From the IMG/VR virus record IMGVR_UViG_3300042890_005556: a DNA stretch of 64,000 nt; one strand, 5' to 3'. The position numbers and the translations under genes are program-made. Positions 39,398 to 48,547 of this stretch are shown piece after piece. The first letter of the stretch is position 1; the number at the start of each line of letters is the position of its first letter. The notes beneath the pieces were generated by a model, which was not told where the DNA came from, did no database searches, and saw nothing but the letters and a program-made list of their open reading frames with translations. The DNA is from a virus.

Positions 39398-41313
39398 CAG
39401 TTCACCATTCCTGTTACTTGGGAAATCTGTAACTCAATTCTTTGACGAATTGTAAGCTCTTTTAGTTTATCATGTATGGCTTTGTTTTGATCATGATGCT
39501 GATACCATCCCTCAGATCTACCATGATGAAGATGCAGAAGATTGTACGTTCTATTGTCTAGATATTTTGACCCTCCCGACATTCTTTCATAAAAATCACA
39601 ATCTTCACACCCGTAACCCCAAAAATCCTCGTTAAATCCGCCTACTTTCCAATAAGCATCCTTTGTACATGCCAAAGAGCCTCCCTCATAATATCCAACA
39701 ACACGCTCAAACACAGGATCTGATACTTCTCCAGAACTATTAATGCGATCAGTGCTCGCCTTATCCGTGTACACTACAGTAGACCCCAGATGACAAGACT
39801 CATAATTGTCCAGCACAGCACTTACTTCAGATGCATATCCATTTATAGCAAGCATGTCAGCATCATGTAAGATTATCTTATTGCTTGTAGCTTTGGAAAC
39901 ACCAAGATTAAACGCTTTGGCTTTATTGAAAGAATGTTCCTCTGCAACATTGACTTTATAATATCTTATTGGTTCATATTGCGACACATCTATTTTTTGA
40001 GTCTGGTCTTCTTCTACTAATATTATCTCTATGTCTGGGTATTTTTGGGCTCTTATATTATTCAGTACTGTGTTTAGAGAACCAGTCCGTTCCTGCTCTC
40101 TAAAAGGAACTATAAATGTGACCTTTGGAATACACGAATCTTCAGTGAAATCATGCTTTAATTTTTTTAGACTGTCGTATTTGTCACGAGCAGATTTTAG
40201 ACACTCATTCTTGTCGTCTATTGAAGTACTTTCTTTATGCAATTTAATATATGATTCACTGCTATGGAGATCATAGTAACCTTCTTTCTGCATTTTATTT
40301 GCATAGGCTCTAGAAGACCATTCTATATGTTCTAGACCATAATATCCAAAATCTTCGTTGAATGCTCCAACAGCACGAAAATACTCGTTTGTAAAAGCCA
40401 ACAGTGCACCATGCGGTCTGTCGTTGACTACATTTAACTGCACTCCATTTACAACAGTACTCATCCCTTTATCTGCACCATATATTCCGGCCTGTCTAAA
40501 AACGAGATGGTGCATCATCGATTTTTTTAAACCATCAGCATAAAAATATTCCCAACCAGGCTTCAATATCTCTATATCGTCATTTAACAAAATACCGTAT
40601 TGAAATCTGCTTAAAGCACGTAGTAATCTGTTTGAGTTTCCAGCCACCCCAAGTCTAACATTGTTTTTTATGACCACAATGTTCGATTGTTCACGTAATT
40701 CTTCTAAGTATGCGATTAATTCTGGGTCCGTGCTACAATCGTCACTGACAAATACAGTCGTAGAATTTAAGTTAGTGTTTTTGTTTATACTGTCAATGAG
40801 ACGCTCTAACGAGTCTTTCCTGTTGTAAGATAATATGCCCACTCCTATATTGTTGCTGATTGGATATAGACCCTTACTGTTTTTTATCAAACCAACAGCT
40901 GTTCGTTGTATTTTGATTTTTTCATCTTCCGAAACCTGCTTACCTACGATCTTATCGACTGATTTTTGGGCTTGTACTGGCTGTCGTGTATTCTGCCTGC
41001 TGCCAATAATTGTGCGTCGCTGAGGCTGAGGCTGAGGCTGAGGCTTAGGCTGCCTATGATGCTGCATCAACGGAGTTATTACTGGTTTTGTTGGCGTGTT
41101 GACTGTTTCGACTTTTTCGACTTTTTGGCTTATGATTGGTGTGGACGGTTTTAATGTTTCATTGTTATTCAGATTTATTAAAAATCCTCTCTGCCGGTAA
41201 ATCTCATAATATGCAGGAAGATTCACTATTTGCCTACTCTTGATCTTAACTATTTGTCCTTCTGGACCAGTTATATGCACTGTGTGATGGTGCGGGTTTT
41301 GGTATTCTGGCAT
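39394..41313 (-). CDS. tandem two-domain GT2 glycosyltransferase with an extra N-terminal domain and a Pro/Gln linker
   Basis: Domain 1: ILSYNR, SDDCSTD, LLNDDI, FGYYGLEH. Domain 2: IVPFR, FNKAKAFNLG, LHDADM, GGFNEDFWGYGCEDCDF. Start MPEYQN after AGGAG. Confidence 0.9.
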   Translation of the reverse strand: MPEYQNPHHHTVHITGPEGQIVKIKSRQIVNLPAYYEIYRQRGFLINLNNNETLKPSTPIISQKVEKVETVNTPTKPVITPLMQHHRQPKPQPQPQPQRRTIIGSRQNTRQPVQAQKSVDKIVGKQVSEDEKIKIQRTAVGLIKNSKGLYPISNNIGVGILSYNRKDSLERLIDSINKNTNLNSTTVFVSDDCSTDPELIAYLEELREQSNIVVIKNNVRLGVAGNSNRLLRALSRFQYGILLNDDIEILKPGWEYFYADGLKKSMMHHLVFRQAGIYGADKGMSTVVNGVQLNVVNDRPHGALLAFTNEYFRAVGAFNEDFGYYGLEHIEWSSRAYANKMQKEGYYDLHSSESYIKLHKESTSIDDKNECLKSARDKYDSLKKLKHDFTEDSCIPKVTFIVPFREQERTGSLNTVLNNIRAQKYPDIEIILVEEDQTQKIDVSQYEPIRYYKVNVAEEHSFNKAKAFNLGVSKATSNKIILHDADMLAINGYASEVSAVLDNYESCHLGSTVVYTDKASTDRINSSGEVSDPVFERVVGYYEGGSLACTKDAYWKVGGFNEDFWGYGCEDCDFYERMSGGSKYLDNRTYNLLHLHHGRSEGWYQHHDQNKAIHDKLKELTIRQRIELQISQVTGMVNC

Positions 41314-41314
41314 A

Positions 41315-41947
41315 CTATCTCCTAATTTCCACGTACAATGGTGCAAAATTTATTGGATCGTCGTCATTCAGTCTGAACCTACTTGGTCTTATTAATAGAT
41401 TCCCCTCATAAGACCCTTGCCCCTGAATGATAGCGTCAATGACTGATGGGTTTAGTATCACTGTATTTTTTGTCTTTAAAGTATTCACGAGCTTTCCAAA
41501 GACATCCTCTATAAGCCCCGGGCTCACACATTTGTTTAAGGATGTCCTCACATCTACTAACGTCAGAATATCACCAGCAATACTAAAATGATATTGTGCT
41601 TGCTCTATCTTTATGACGTTCATTAATCTAACATAGTTGACTAACTCATCCTTCACGAATTTTCTGCTAGTAATTCCAAGCGGTGTCACGTCAGATTCTA
41701 ATTCTATAAGATTACCAGCAGCATCGGAAAAAACAGTGTAGACATCATCCTTCTGGGTGTCTCGATAAATCAGAACAGTGAGATCAACATCGCCAGGGTG
41801 TTTTTGGACATAGCAATATATATGTTCTAATCTTTTTAGTTCTGTGTGGTCGTAGTACTTGGGGTAAGGCAGGACTTTTGGTACTTTAAATGTACCAGAC
41901 TGTGACGTTATGGACGTAGTCGTGTTGGCTGATCGCAAAGACGCCAT
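41315..41947 (-). CDS. hypothetical protein, possibly a degenerate ligase/nucleotidyltransferase fold
   Basis: YVQKHPG, TLVDV and EGNLLIRP weakly echo ligase motifs I, IIIa and IV. Confidence 0.4.
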   Translation of the reverse strand: MASLRSANTTTSITSQSGTFKVPKVLPYPKYYDHTELKRLEHIYCYVQKHPGDVDLTVLIYRDTQKDDVYTVFSDAAGNLIELESDVTPLGITSRKFVKDELVNYVRLMNVIKIEQAQYHFSIAGDILTLVDVRTSLNKCVSPGLIEDVFGKLVNTLKTKNTVILNPSVIDAIIQGQGSYEGNLLIRPSRFRLNDDDPINFAPLYVEIRR

Positions 41948-42242
41948 TGGCTGAATTCCTTATCTTATCCAAGTTTAATATCCGCGTGTTTTTCTTCTGC
42001 TCTTTTTCTGTCATTGTGAAAAGCAAAAATGACATTGTCGAGAAAATAATCGATATTCTCTCTTCTTCAGGCAACTTAGCGATCAGAGTGTTACTATCAC
42101 CCATTCGCTCTCCAGGTGCATAATTAGACACAACTCCGCACCAAGTCACGAACCAACCAGTCCATATCACAAAATCACCATACGCTGGGACGTAGTCTGA
42201 TATGTTCTTGTAAACAGCTAGTGAAACCTCTGTTTTAGGCAT
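41886..42242 (-). CDS. hypothetical protein
   Basis: 118 aa, coupled to neighbouring genes. Confidence 0.55.
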   Translation of the reverse strand: MPKTEVSLAVYKNISDYVPAYGDFVIWTGWFVTWCGVVSNYAPGERMGDSNTLIAKLPEEERISIIFSTMSFLLFTMTEKEQKKNTRILNLDKIRNSANGVFAISQHDYVHNVTVWYI

Positions 42243-42663
42243 TATCTTCTCTCTTCAGCTGATGTTCGAAGATATTATAGACATATCTTCCAGATGGAAG
42301 TCTCCATACAATATCAAGCCCTACACGTGTCGCACCGAGAGCATTCTCTATATCATCGTCTATTGAATATCTCAAATTCTCTAGACCAGAAAGCCTAATA
42401 GGGGATACTACTTTGCCATTAATTCTGGTGGTCTCAGGTACTATGCTCTCTGTCTTTAGAAGATCCCTAATGTGCTCCATGCCTGCGAGAATGATCTGCC
42501 TCTGAGACTTAGACTCAGTCCCGACAGACAGTGATACATCCCCGAGCATAGCGTTTACAGTACTCTCTGGATTCTTCTTTAAATCATCTGGCGCAAAATT
42601 CTTTAATAAACCGACTATATCGTTCTTAGAATTGATTTTCGGTTTCTGAATCTGCTGTGTCAT
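42235..42663 (-). CDS. hypothetical protein
   Basis: 142 aa, coupled to neighbouring genes. Confidence 0.55.
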   Translation of the reverse strand: MTQQIQKPKINSKNDIVGLLKNFAPDDLKKNPESTVNAMLGDVSLSVGTESKSQRQIILAGMEHIRDLLKTESIVPETTRINGKVVSPIRLSGLENLRYSIDDDIENALGATRVGLDIVWRLPSGRYVYNIFEHQLKREDNA

Positions 42664-43042
42664 AGGTATCTGCCATGTTGATTTTGCAAGATAAGTTCAC
42701 GTCGTATGTATGTACTCTGCCCCTCCGACAAAATTCGTAAATTATATGGAAAAAATTACTGAACCCATGCAAAGCGAGAATATTCAAAACAATATTATCA
42801 AAATACCGAGCTTCTTCAAAAAAACTGAAGAACATTGATATCCAAACACTGCAGCAATACCCACAAGATGTGACTTTATCGATGAATTTAAATATGCCCA
42901 TAAACTTCTTATCGTGACTATCTTCCGCATATAAATATGATCTGAGTCTATCTCTGAATATCATATCAGAAATAACAGAAGTGGTGATGAGCTCTACAGC
43001 GCGTTCTATAGCAAATGCAGATATCAGAAAATTTAGCATCAT
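42626..43042 (-). CDS. membrane protein, DUF1360-like
   Basis: Hydrophobic helices, R..ELIT...I, SCGYCCSVW motif. Confidence 0.6.
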   Translation of the reverse strand: MMLNFLISAFAIERAVELITTSVISDMIFRDRLRSYLYAEDSHDKKFMGIFKFIDKVTSCGYCCSVWISMFFSFFEEARYFDNIVLNILALHGFSNFFHIIYEFCRRGRVHTYDVNLSCKINMADTYDTADSETENQF

Positions 43043-43254
43043 TTTATTTTTCTACATTCATGATTTGTACACTGCTGCCTCTCCCGCCCGGAAATTATAA
43101 TTACCATCATAACGGACTCACATAAGCTGCAATATGATAACCTTTGCAAGTCGTCTTTAACAGCTTCTTTGTGAGTCCTAATGATCGGCTGTGGTTTATT
43201 CTCCCGATTAGAAGGAGAAGGACCTCTTCCGGCTGGTTTTCCACAACATGACAT
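43039..43254 (-). CDS. small Cys-rich protein
   Basis: MSCCGK N-terminus; CSLC...CTNHEC zinc ribbon. Confidence 0.6.
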   Translation of the reverse strand: MSCCGKPAGRGPSPSNRENKPQPIIRTHKEAVKDDLQRLSYCSLCESVMMVIIISGRERQQCTNHECRKIK

Positions 43255-43415
43255 TATCTCTTGCCTGTTATATTGTACCCATGAATAGGTCTAGTATCTA
43301 GAGCCTGTGTCCGAACAGGCTGTCGCAGGTCTTTGACAATCACACGCTTCGGCGGTTGTTCCGGTCTATTAATTTTCTGTGCAGTGACTTTATTACCATT
43401 ACATCCACACGCCAT
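43254..43415 (-). CDS. small protein (missing from the ORF track)
   Basis: 53 aa MACGCNGNK...ITGKR; GGAGG SD; exactly fills the gap with a TAATG overlap. Confidence 0.65.
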   Translation of the reverse strand: MACGCNGNKVTAQKINRPEQPPKRVIVKDLRQPVRTQALDTRPIHGYNITGKR

Positions 43416-43416
43416 G

Positions 43417-44034
43417 TTACACCTCCAAGAATAATGATGCCGGTTCTACAAACTCAGCAAAGTCTTTCCATCTAATAAAGCTTACATCAGGAAGTTCTAA
43501 ATCAACCTCGATGTAATTTTTCCTCTTAGTAGTGTGACTGATGTTCATCCGTACTGGATTCATAGTATATTTATACCTAAGCTGCGGTAATATGCCCTTT
43601 AGCCTTATAGACAATTCACCATCTATACTATCAGAAGGTATGACTATCCAATCCTGTGTTGTAGAGAATTTAAAAAACAACATCGGATGAATCTTACGGT
43701 TTAATACTTTTGTGAGAATCTCAGCATCATATGTCGCCTGGTGCCACCAAGTAGAAAACAGGTTTTTAGATGGATTACCAAGAATAGCATCAAAGCTAAA
43801 GCCTTTACCTGACTTAGCTTCGATGCTGAATTTAATATCACCGGTTACTGGTATCACATCTGCTGTGCTCTCACGCTCAACTACACTGAGGTCTCTTCCC
43901 TCTACTCTGCGTCGTCTGAACTGCACACCAGTGAATTCGCCTAACAGCGATGCTACCCGACGTTCGTATGTTTTACCTTTACGGACGTTCGATTTGCCAA
44001 TCTTAGATCTATCTGGCTCTACTTTGTCTACCAT
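43417..44034 (-). CDS. Holliday junction resolvase, PD-(D/E)XK type
   Basis: KGKTYERRVA, ADVI, FSIEAK, WWHQA, PMLFFK. Confidence 0.85.
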   Translation of the reverse strand: MVDKVEPDRSKIGKSNVRKGKTYERRVASLLGEFTGVQFRRRRVEGRDLSVVERESTADVIPVTGDIKFSIEAKSGKGFSFDAILGNPSKNLFSTWWHQATYDAEILTKVLNRKIHPMLFFKFSTTQDWIVIPSDSIDGELSIRLKGILPQLRYKYTMNPVRMNISHTTKRKNYIEVDLELPDVSFIRWKDFAEFVEPASLFLEV

Positions 44035-44306
44035 TATGTGATCTTATATGTTATGACTATGGATTGATCTAGATGATACAATACATACCCATCATCCGCC
44101 TCTAAACCCAAATATGCCTTCAAATTCGGGTAATTAGCAGAATTAGGAACTGTGTTATCCGGTATGATTAGATGCTCTAGTCTAGTAGATCTCAAAACGT
44201 TCAACGCAGTGGTTGCATCAGTCTTGTCAATTCTAGCACCAGTAGCATCCACCGTGAATGGAGCAACCGTCACATAATGCAATAATGTAGCCATACTGTA
44301 CCTCAT
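44034..44306 (-). CDS. hypothetical protein
   Basis: About 90 aa; TATAAATA upstream. Confidence 0.55.
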   Translation of the reverse strand: MRYSMATLLHYVTVAPFTVDATGARIDKTDATTALNVLRSTRLEHLIIPDNTVPNSANYPNLKAYLGLEADDGYVLYHLDQSIVITYKIT

Positions 44307-44329
44307 GCAGATTGGAAAAACTCATAATA

Positions 44330-44337
44330 TATTTATA
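44330..44337 (-). promoter_or_regulatory. T4-type late promoter consensus TATAAATA
   Basis: Exact match upstream of the 44034-44306 gene; overlaps the recurring YAAAnATA motif. Confidence 0.4.
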
Positions 44338-45193
44338 CAAGATTCTTTAATGGGAAAACCAAATCATTAAATTCATTCAGAAAACCATTAATCTTACAAT
44401 CCTGAGCTAATGACAAAATCGTCTGTCTATCAAAAGTTACCTGCTCAGCCAACTTCCTTCTAACATAAATCGTATTATTTAATATCTTCGGACACATGCT
44501 TAAGTCGATTAGCAGAAGATTCCTGTTATAAATGCTTTTATCATTTAGAGCTAAAAATTCAGCCAAAAGCTTATAATCATCAGCTAATTTAACGGCTTTC
44601 TTTGGTCCGATCCCACGATATCCTGGAATATTATCAGATTTATCACCCTGCAAAGCTTTAACCAATACAGGATTACTCACCGGCACCGCTATCTCTTTTT
44701 CTTTTCGTGGTTCAAAAAGTATGTTACTAGAATATCTGTAAGGTATCTGTATCATATCGCTGTCTGTCGAAATCACAACCGTCTTAGTCGGATGTAGAAC
44801 TGATACAGCAGAATAAATTAAATCATCGGCCTCCATAAACTTTCTCTGATATTGTCTAACTCCCATGAATTTAAACATCTCCTCGCAGACAGCAGTTAAC
44901 TTTTTTAAATCGTCAGATATATCCGTTACATAAGGGTTCTTATCTCTGTCTTTATATGTCGTAAGGATCTTCCTACGCCACACATCAGATCTTGGTGCAT
45001 CCCAAAACATATGTATAGACGAAGGACTGTAATTTCTGATCCATAAATTAAGCAAGCGCATGAATATAACAAAAGGGTGGACTGGATGTCCACCCCTCGT
45101 TTCTTCAGCCCTATGAGCATAAACTGCTCTATAAAGCGCATTCCTGACATCGACAAGCAGAGCTGGCCGAACCTGATCAATCATCGTCGTCAT
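44333..45193 (-). CDS. 5'-3' exonuclease / flap endonuclease (T4 RNase H-like)
   Basis: LLVD..N, FWD, WRR...YK, EADD, STDSD..Q, GDKSDNIPG..GIGPKKA. Confidence 0.93.
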   Translation of the reverse strand: MTTMIDQVRPALLVDVRNALYRAVYAHRAEETRGGHPVHPFVIFMRLLNLWIRNYSPSSIHMFWDAPRSDVWRRKILTTYKDRDKNPYVTDISDDLKKLTAVCEEMFKFMGVRQYQRKFMEADDLIYSAVSVLHPTKTVVISTDSDMIQIPYRYSSNILFEPRKEKEIAVPVSNPVLVKALQGDKSDNIPGYRGIGPKKAVKLADDYKLLAEFLALNDKSIYNRNLLLIDLSMCPKILNNTIYVRRKLAEQVTFDRQTILSLAQDCKINGFLNEFNDLVFPLKNLV

Positions 45194-46235
45194 CCAGTTG
45201 GTCGAGCAGGGATTTTACATCGTCGTCATCATCGTCTTCTTCTTCGATGATTGGAGCTGGCTTTGGTTTAGCCTTTTGCTCTTCGACTTTGGCAGCTTTC
45301 TTAGGAGGAGTGACTGGAGTGTCGTCTTCGTCTTCCTCAACAATAGGAGCCTTAGCTGGCTTGGCTGGCTTCCGAACTGGTTCTTCTTCTTCATCACTAT
45401 CGAAGCCAGAAGAATTTGCCATTTGAGGTTTAGTCTCCTCAGCATCATCTCCATAGATTAGAGTGTTGCTGAGTTTTTTGATCTTTTCGCGATCTGGTGA
45501 CTCAAGTCTATCCCAAATATTAATTCTTTGGGATAATAGTTGAGTGATCATTTTAGTATTGGGGGTCCCATCTTCATTTTTAGCGATTGGGACCGGCTTT
45601 TTGTCATTACCGACACTGAACTTGCTGGTCTTATAACCATTCGTCTTACCGTTCATCTGAACTTGTAATTCAAACAGCCATGCGGAATTCTCATCAAAGA
45701 ACACGCCGTACGGTTCCAGCTCTTCATCTGGATCAATCACATCCGGAGCATCACGATTGATACAAGCAGTCCACATATCAAACAGCGTCTTAGGGGCCTT
45801 ATAATACATGATGCGCCCACGTAGCTCTTCCGGATTCGCCTTAACGTTTGGGAAGAAGATATTGACTACATAGCTCGAATTAGGGAGCCAGTCAGTTCTG
45901 ATCTTCTGACGCTCAGTGTCTCCCAAGCTCTTGTCGCGGAGTAGTTTAAGACCAAAATCACATAGAGCGCATTCTGAACCATCATAAACACGTGGGCAAG
46001 CGTGAGGATGGTTCTGAACCCAGTGTTGACCATAGTTCACGAAGAACAGGTCCATTGATTTTTCTACGATACCAGCTTTGAGCTTATCACCTTCCAGAAG
46101 GCCAGGTAGAACGTAGAACCTATATTTCAAGGTTTCTCCTGGCTTTGCTTTGGCTGGTCTGAATTCGTCTGGGTCAGACTTGCTGCCACCGAATTCTTTT
46201 AGTTTCTTCTTAATCGCGTTCAGATCATATGACAT
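45177..46235 (-). CDS. single-stranded DNA-binding protein (gp32-like)
   Basis: HW...CP....C.LC zinc site, Y.TSKF, very acidic C-terminal tail. Confidence 0.85.
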   Translation of the reverse strand: MSYDLNAIKKKLKEFGGSKSDPDEFRPAKAKPGETLKYRFYVLPGLLEGDKLKAGIVEKSMDLFFVNYGQHWVQNHPHACPRVYDGSECALCDFGLKLLRDKSLGDTERQKIRTDWLPNSSYVVNIFFPNVKANPEELRGRIMYYKAPKTLFDMWTACINRDAPDVIDPDEELEPYGVFFDENSAWLFELQVQMNGKTNGYKTSKFSVGNDKKPVPIAKNEDGTPNTKMITQLLSQRINIWDRLESPDREKIKKLSNTLIYGDDAEETKPQMANSSGFDSDEEEEPVRKPAKPAKAPIVEEDEDDTPVTPPKKAAKVEEQKAKPKPAPIIEEEDDDDDDVKSLLDQLDDDDD

Positions 46236-46262
46236 TGCGTAGGTCCCTTTGGGAAAAGTGCA

Positions 46263-46805
46263 TTAGCTTCGTTCTTGTTCTTGCCTTTTGAAGCCCGCTA
46301 GACTGCGGGCTAATTCTGCTTTAATTCGGAGCGCCTCTATCGTGTGGTAAATCTTACCACATGTCATCTGCGCCTTCTCATATTTTAACTCCGCATCTCT
46401 TATCTCAGAGTCTGCTTCAGCTATGGCTTTGACCTGCTCAACGGTCAATCTGACCTTGGCAATCGAAGCCTCTGAAGTAATCCTCTCTATCACCCTCCCT
46501 TTTCTAGCCTTTAGCTTCCTCTCGGCAACAGCAACCGCAAGCTTCAATTCAGAGTATATCGCAGCCCAATAGGCATATTGAGCTGGAAGCCTCATCATCT
46601 GGTCTTCAAGCATGTCGTAATCAAGATCTAAATCTGGCAACATATCGACCTCAATAGTCTTATATGTTAACTTGCCAGTTTCTTCACTCTTAGACTCAAC
46701 GACCTGAAGCTGAACCATGAACTTAAACAAAGTAGAATTAGCCAGTTCTGCTGGTAAATTCTCTTCGATCCAGATCGGACGCTTTGATTTATTCTGCTTC
46801 GCCAT
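46263..46805 (-). CDS. recombination mediator, UvsY-like
   Basis: Coiled coil with P..YAYW, LTVEQVK...D, IEAL; adjacent to the SSB gene. Confidence 0.6.
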   Translation of the reverse strand: MAKQNKSKRPIWIEENLPAELANSTLFKFMVQLQVVESKSEETGKLTYKTIEVDMLPDLDLDYDMLEDQMMRLPAQYAYWAAIYSELKLAVAVAERKLKARKGRVIERITSEASIAKVRLTVEQVKAIAEADSEIRDAELKYEKAQMTCGKIYHTIEALRIKAELARSLAGFKRQEQERS

Positions 46806-46847
46806 TATTGTCTCCACGTCTTAAATACACAGTTAAAGGATATAACA

Positions 46848-48053
46848 TTATGCGCTATAAAAATCTTTAAAATGGCGATAGGCACGCCATTTCTTACCGA
46901 TAGAAACCTTCACCGGAAAAATGTATTCCTCCTCAAGCACCCCATCAAACGGTCTCAACATAATATCACAGACCTGCCTAATGGTACTATTAACCTCAGC
47001 CTTATCTGGAGGAGAAGCGACCACAATTGAGTCATGAATGTCACATACGATTCTTGAGCCCATCTTCTCCCATATCTTCCTAATAGCTATATGCATCGCG
47101 TGAGCCACAGATCCCTGCATAACACCATTAAACGACGACAACCGATTCTTCTCATCTGTAACAATGAACTTTCTTCCAAGAACAGTACTCATAGAATCCC
47201 TAGCAGAAAGACGCATGATCCAATCACCAAGATCAGGATAAGCTTTATCGAAAACAATGCTGTTGTAATCCAAAGAATTGATGCATCGCAAAAGAATTAG
47301 CTTACATTCATCACGAGAAAAAGTCTGATCCAATTCTTTCTGCTTACTAGCATCATTAAGGATAGACGCGAGCTTGGTGTACGGATCAGAATCGACGAAG
47401 GCAGATGTCAAAGCTTTATCATTAGACAACATAGAAGCCACCCTAATATCAGCACAAATCCAGTCGAAATGAATCAGTACATCATTCTCCGAGCCATAGA
47501 TAGTAGTCACATGATCCTTAGTGGAGAGACCCTGGATATTGAACTCAAGGCTCTTGCTCCTGCCAGTATGTGTTCTCTGACTCCATATAGGCTGGATATG
47601 GGTATAATTATACAGCAACCCGCTATTCTCTAAGTCCGCGTATACTATCGAAGAATTAGCTAGGTATTTCTGGTAAACATTGACTTTATGTTTAGCCATT
47701 TCTTCGAATATCTCTTCGGCATACCTTTCATCAGATCTAACACAATCATCACTGTCTTTCCTGGCCATATGAAAATCGAAAACATTATATTCGCGATAGT
47801 CTATCGGTAAATCGAGTACGGTGATTAGATCTCTAAAATCTTGGCAAACTATCTCGAAATTCTTGTCATTTAATTTTAGGAAACACTCTCTAGCTTTGAG
47901 TGTTTCCTTCTTAATTTGCTTGATAGTTTTTAGTGAGCCTTCTCTATAAAGATCGAATTTATATGTCTTGCCATCTATGAGGAATGATATAAATCTCGGC
48001 AGTTTCTTGTTTTTATCTCTATTGAAGATAACTGCTATATATGCTCTTCGCAC
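46848..48053 (-). CDS. minimal family A DNA polymerase (divergent)
   Basis: TGRS...NIQ, motif A FDWICADIR, motif B RDECK, N..MQGS.A, motif C IHDSIVV. Confidence 0.8.
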   Translation of the reverse strand: MRRAYIAVIFNRDKNKKLPRFISFLIDGKTYKFDLYREGSLKTIKQIKKETLKARECFLKLNDKNFEIVCQDFRDLITVLDLPIDYREYNVFDFHMARKDSDDCVRSDERYAEEIFEEMAKHKVNVYQKYLANSSIVYADLENSGLLYNYTHIQPIWSQRTHTGRSKSLEFNIQGLSTKDHVTTIYGSENDVLIHFDWICADIRVASMLSNDKALTSAFVDSDPYTKLASILNDASKQKELDQTFSRDECKLILLRCINSLDYNSIVFDKAYPDLGDWIMRLSARDSMSTVLGRKFIVTDEKNRLSSFNGVMQGSVAHAMHIAIRKIWEKMGSRIVCDIHDSIVVASPPDKAEVNSTIRQVCDIMLRPFDGVLEEEYIFPVKVSIGKKWRAYRHFKDFYSA

Positions 48054-48090
48054 TATCGTACCTCATATTTCCTCTTTCTATAAAACATGA

Positions 48091-48546
48091 TCAGCTTGTT
48101 ATACCCTTATTCACGGCCTGAGCCACATCAGCTTGTGTTACCTTCGGCCCAAAATATTGGGTACGAGGGTCAGTCTTACCTTTCTTAGCTAATGACTCCT
48201 TGATTTGCTGGGTCTCTCCCGGTTGTCTATGCTCTTTGAACGGGTCATTATTCATGAGAGTATAAGTGTGCATATCTCTATGCACACCGTTCTTGTCAAG
48301 CCAACCATATCCACGAACGTATGTTGTAAAATTATGACCATATAGTGTCTTCTCGACATCTGTTGATTTGCATCGAGGGCATACACATGCTGCATCTCTA
48401 TCTCTTTGAGTCGGATTCATAGAATGCGATGTTTCAAATAGAACATATGATTCATAGTTATCATCGGATGATTCTACATCACCAGACTCTACCTGATTCA
48501 TATAAGACTGTGAGCATGGAAGACACTTATAGATATAATTCGGCAT
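48091..48546 (-). CDS. FmdB-like zinc-ribbon protein
   Basis: MPNYIYKCLPC...FE..HSM...CPRCKS. Confidence 0.7.
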   Translation of the reverse strand: MPNYIYKCLPCSQSYMNQVESGDVESSDDNYESYVLFETSHSMNPTQRDRDAACVCPRCKSTDVEKTLYGHNFTTYVRGYGWLDKNGVHRDMHTYTLMNNDPFKEHRQPGETQQIKESLAKKGKTDPRTQYFGPKVTQADVAQAVNKGITS

Positions 48547-48547
48547 T

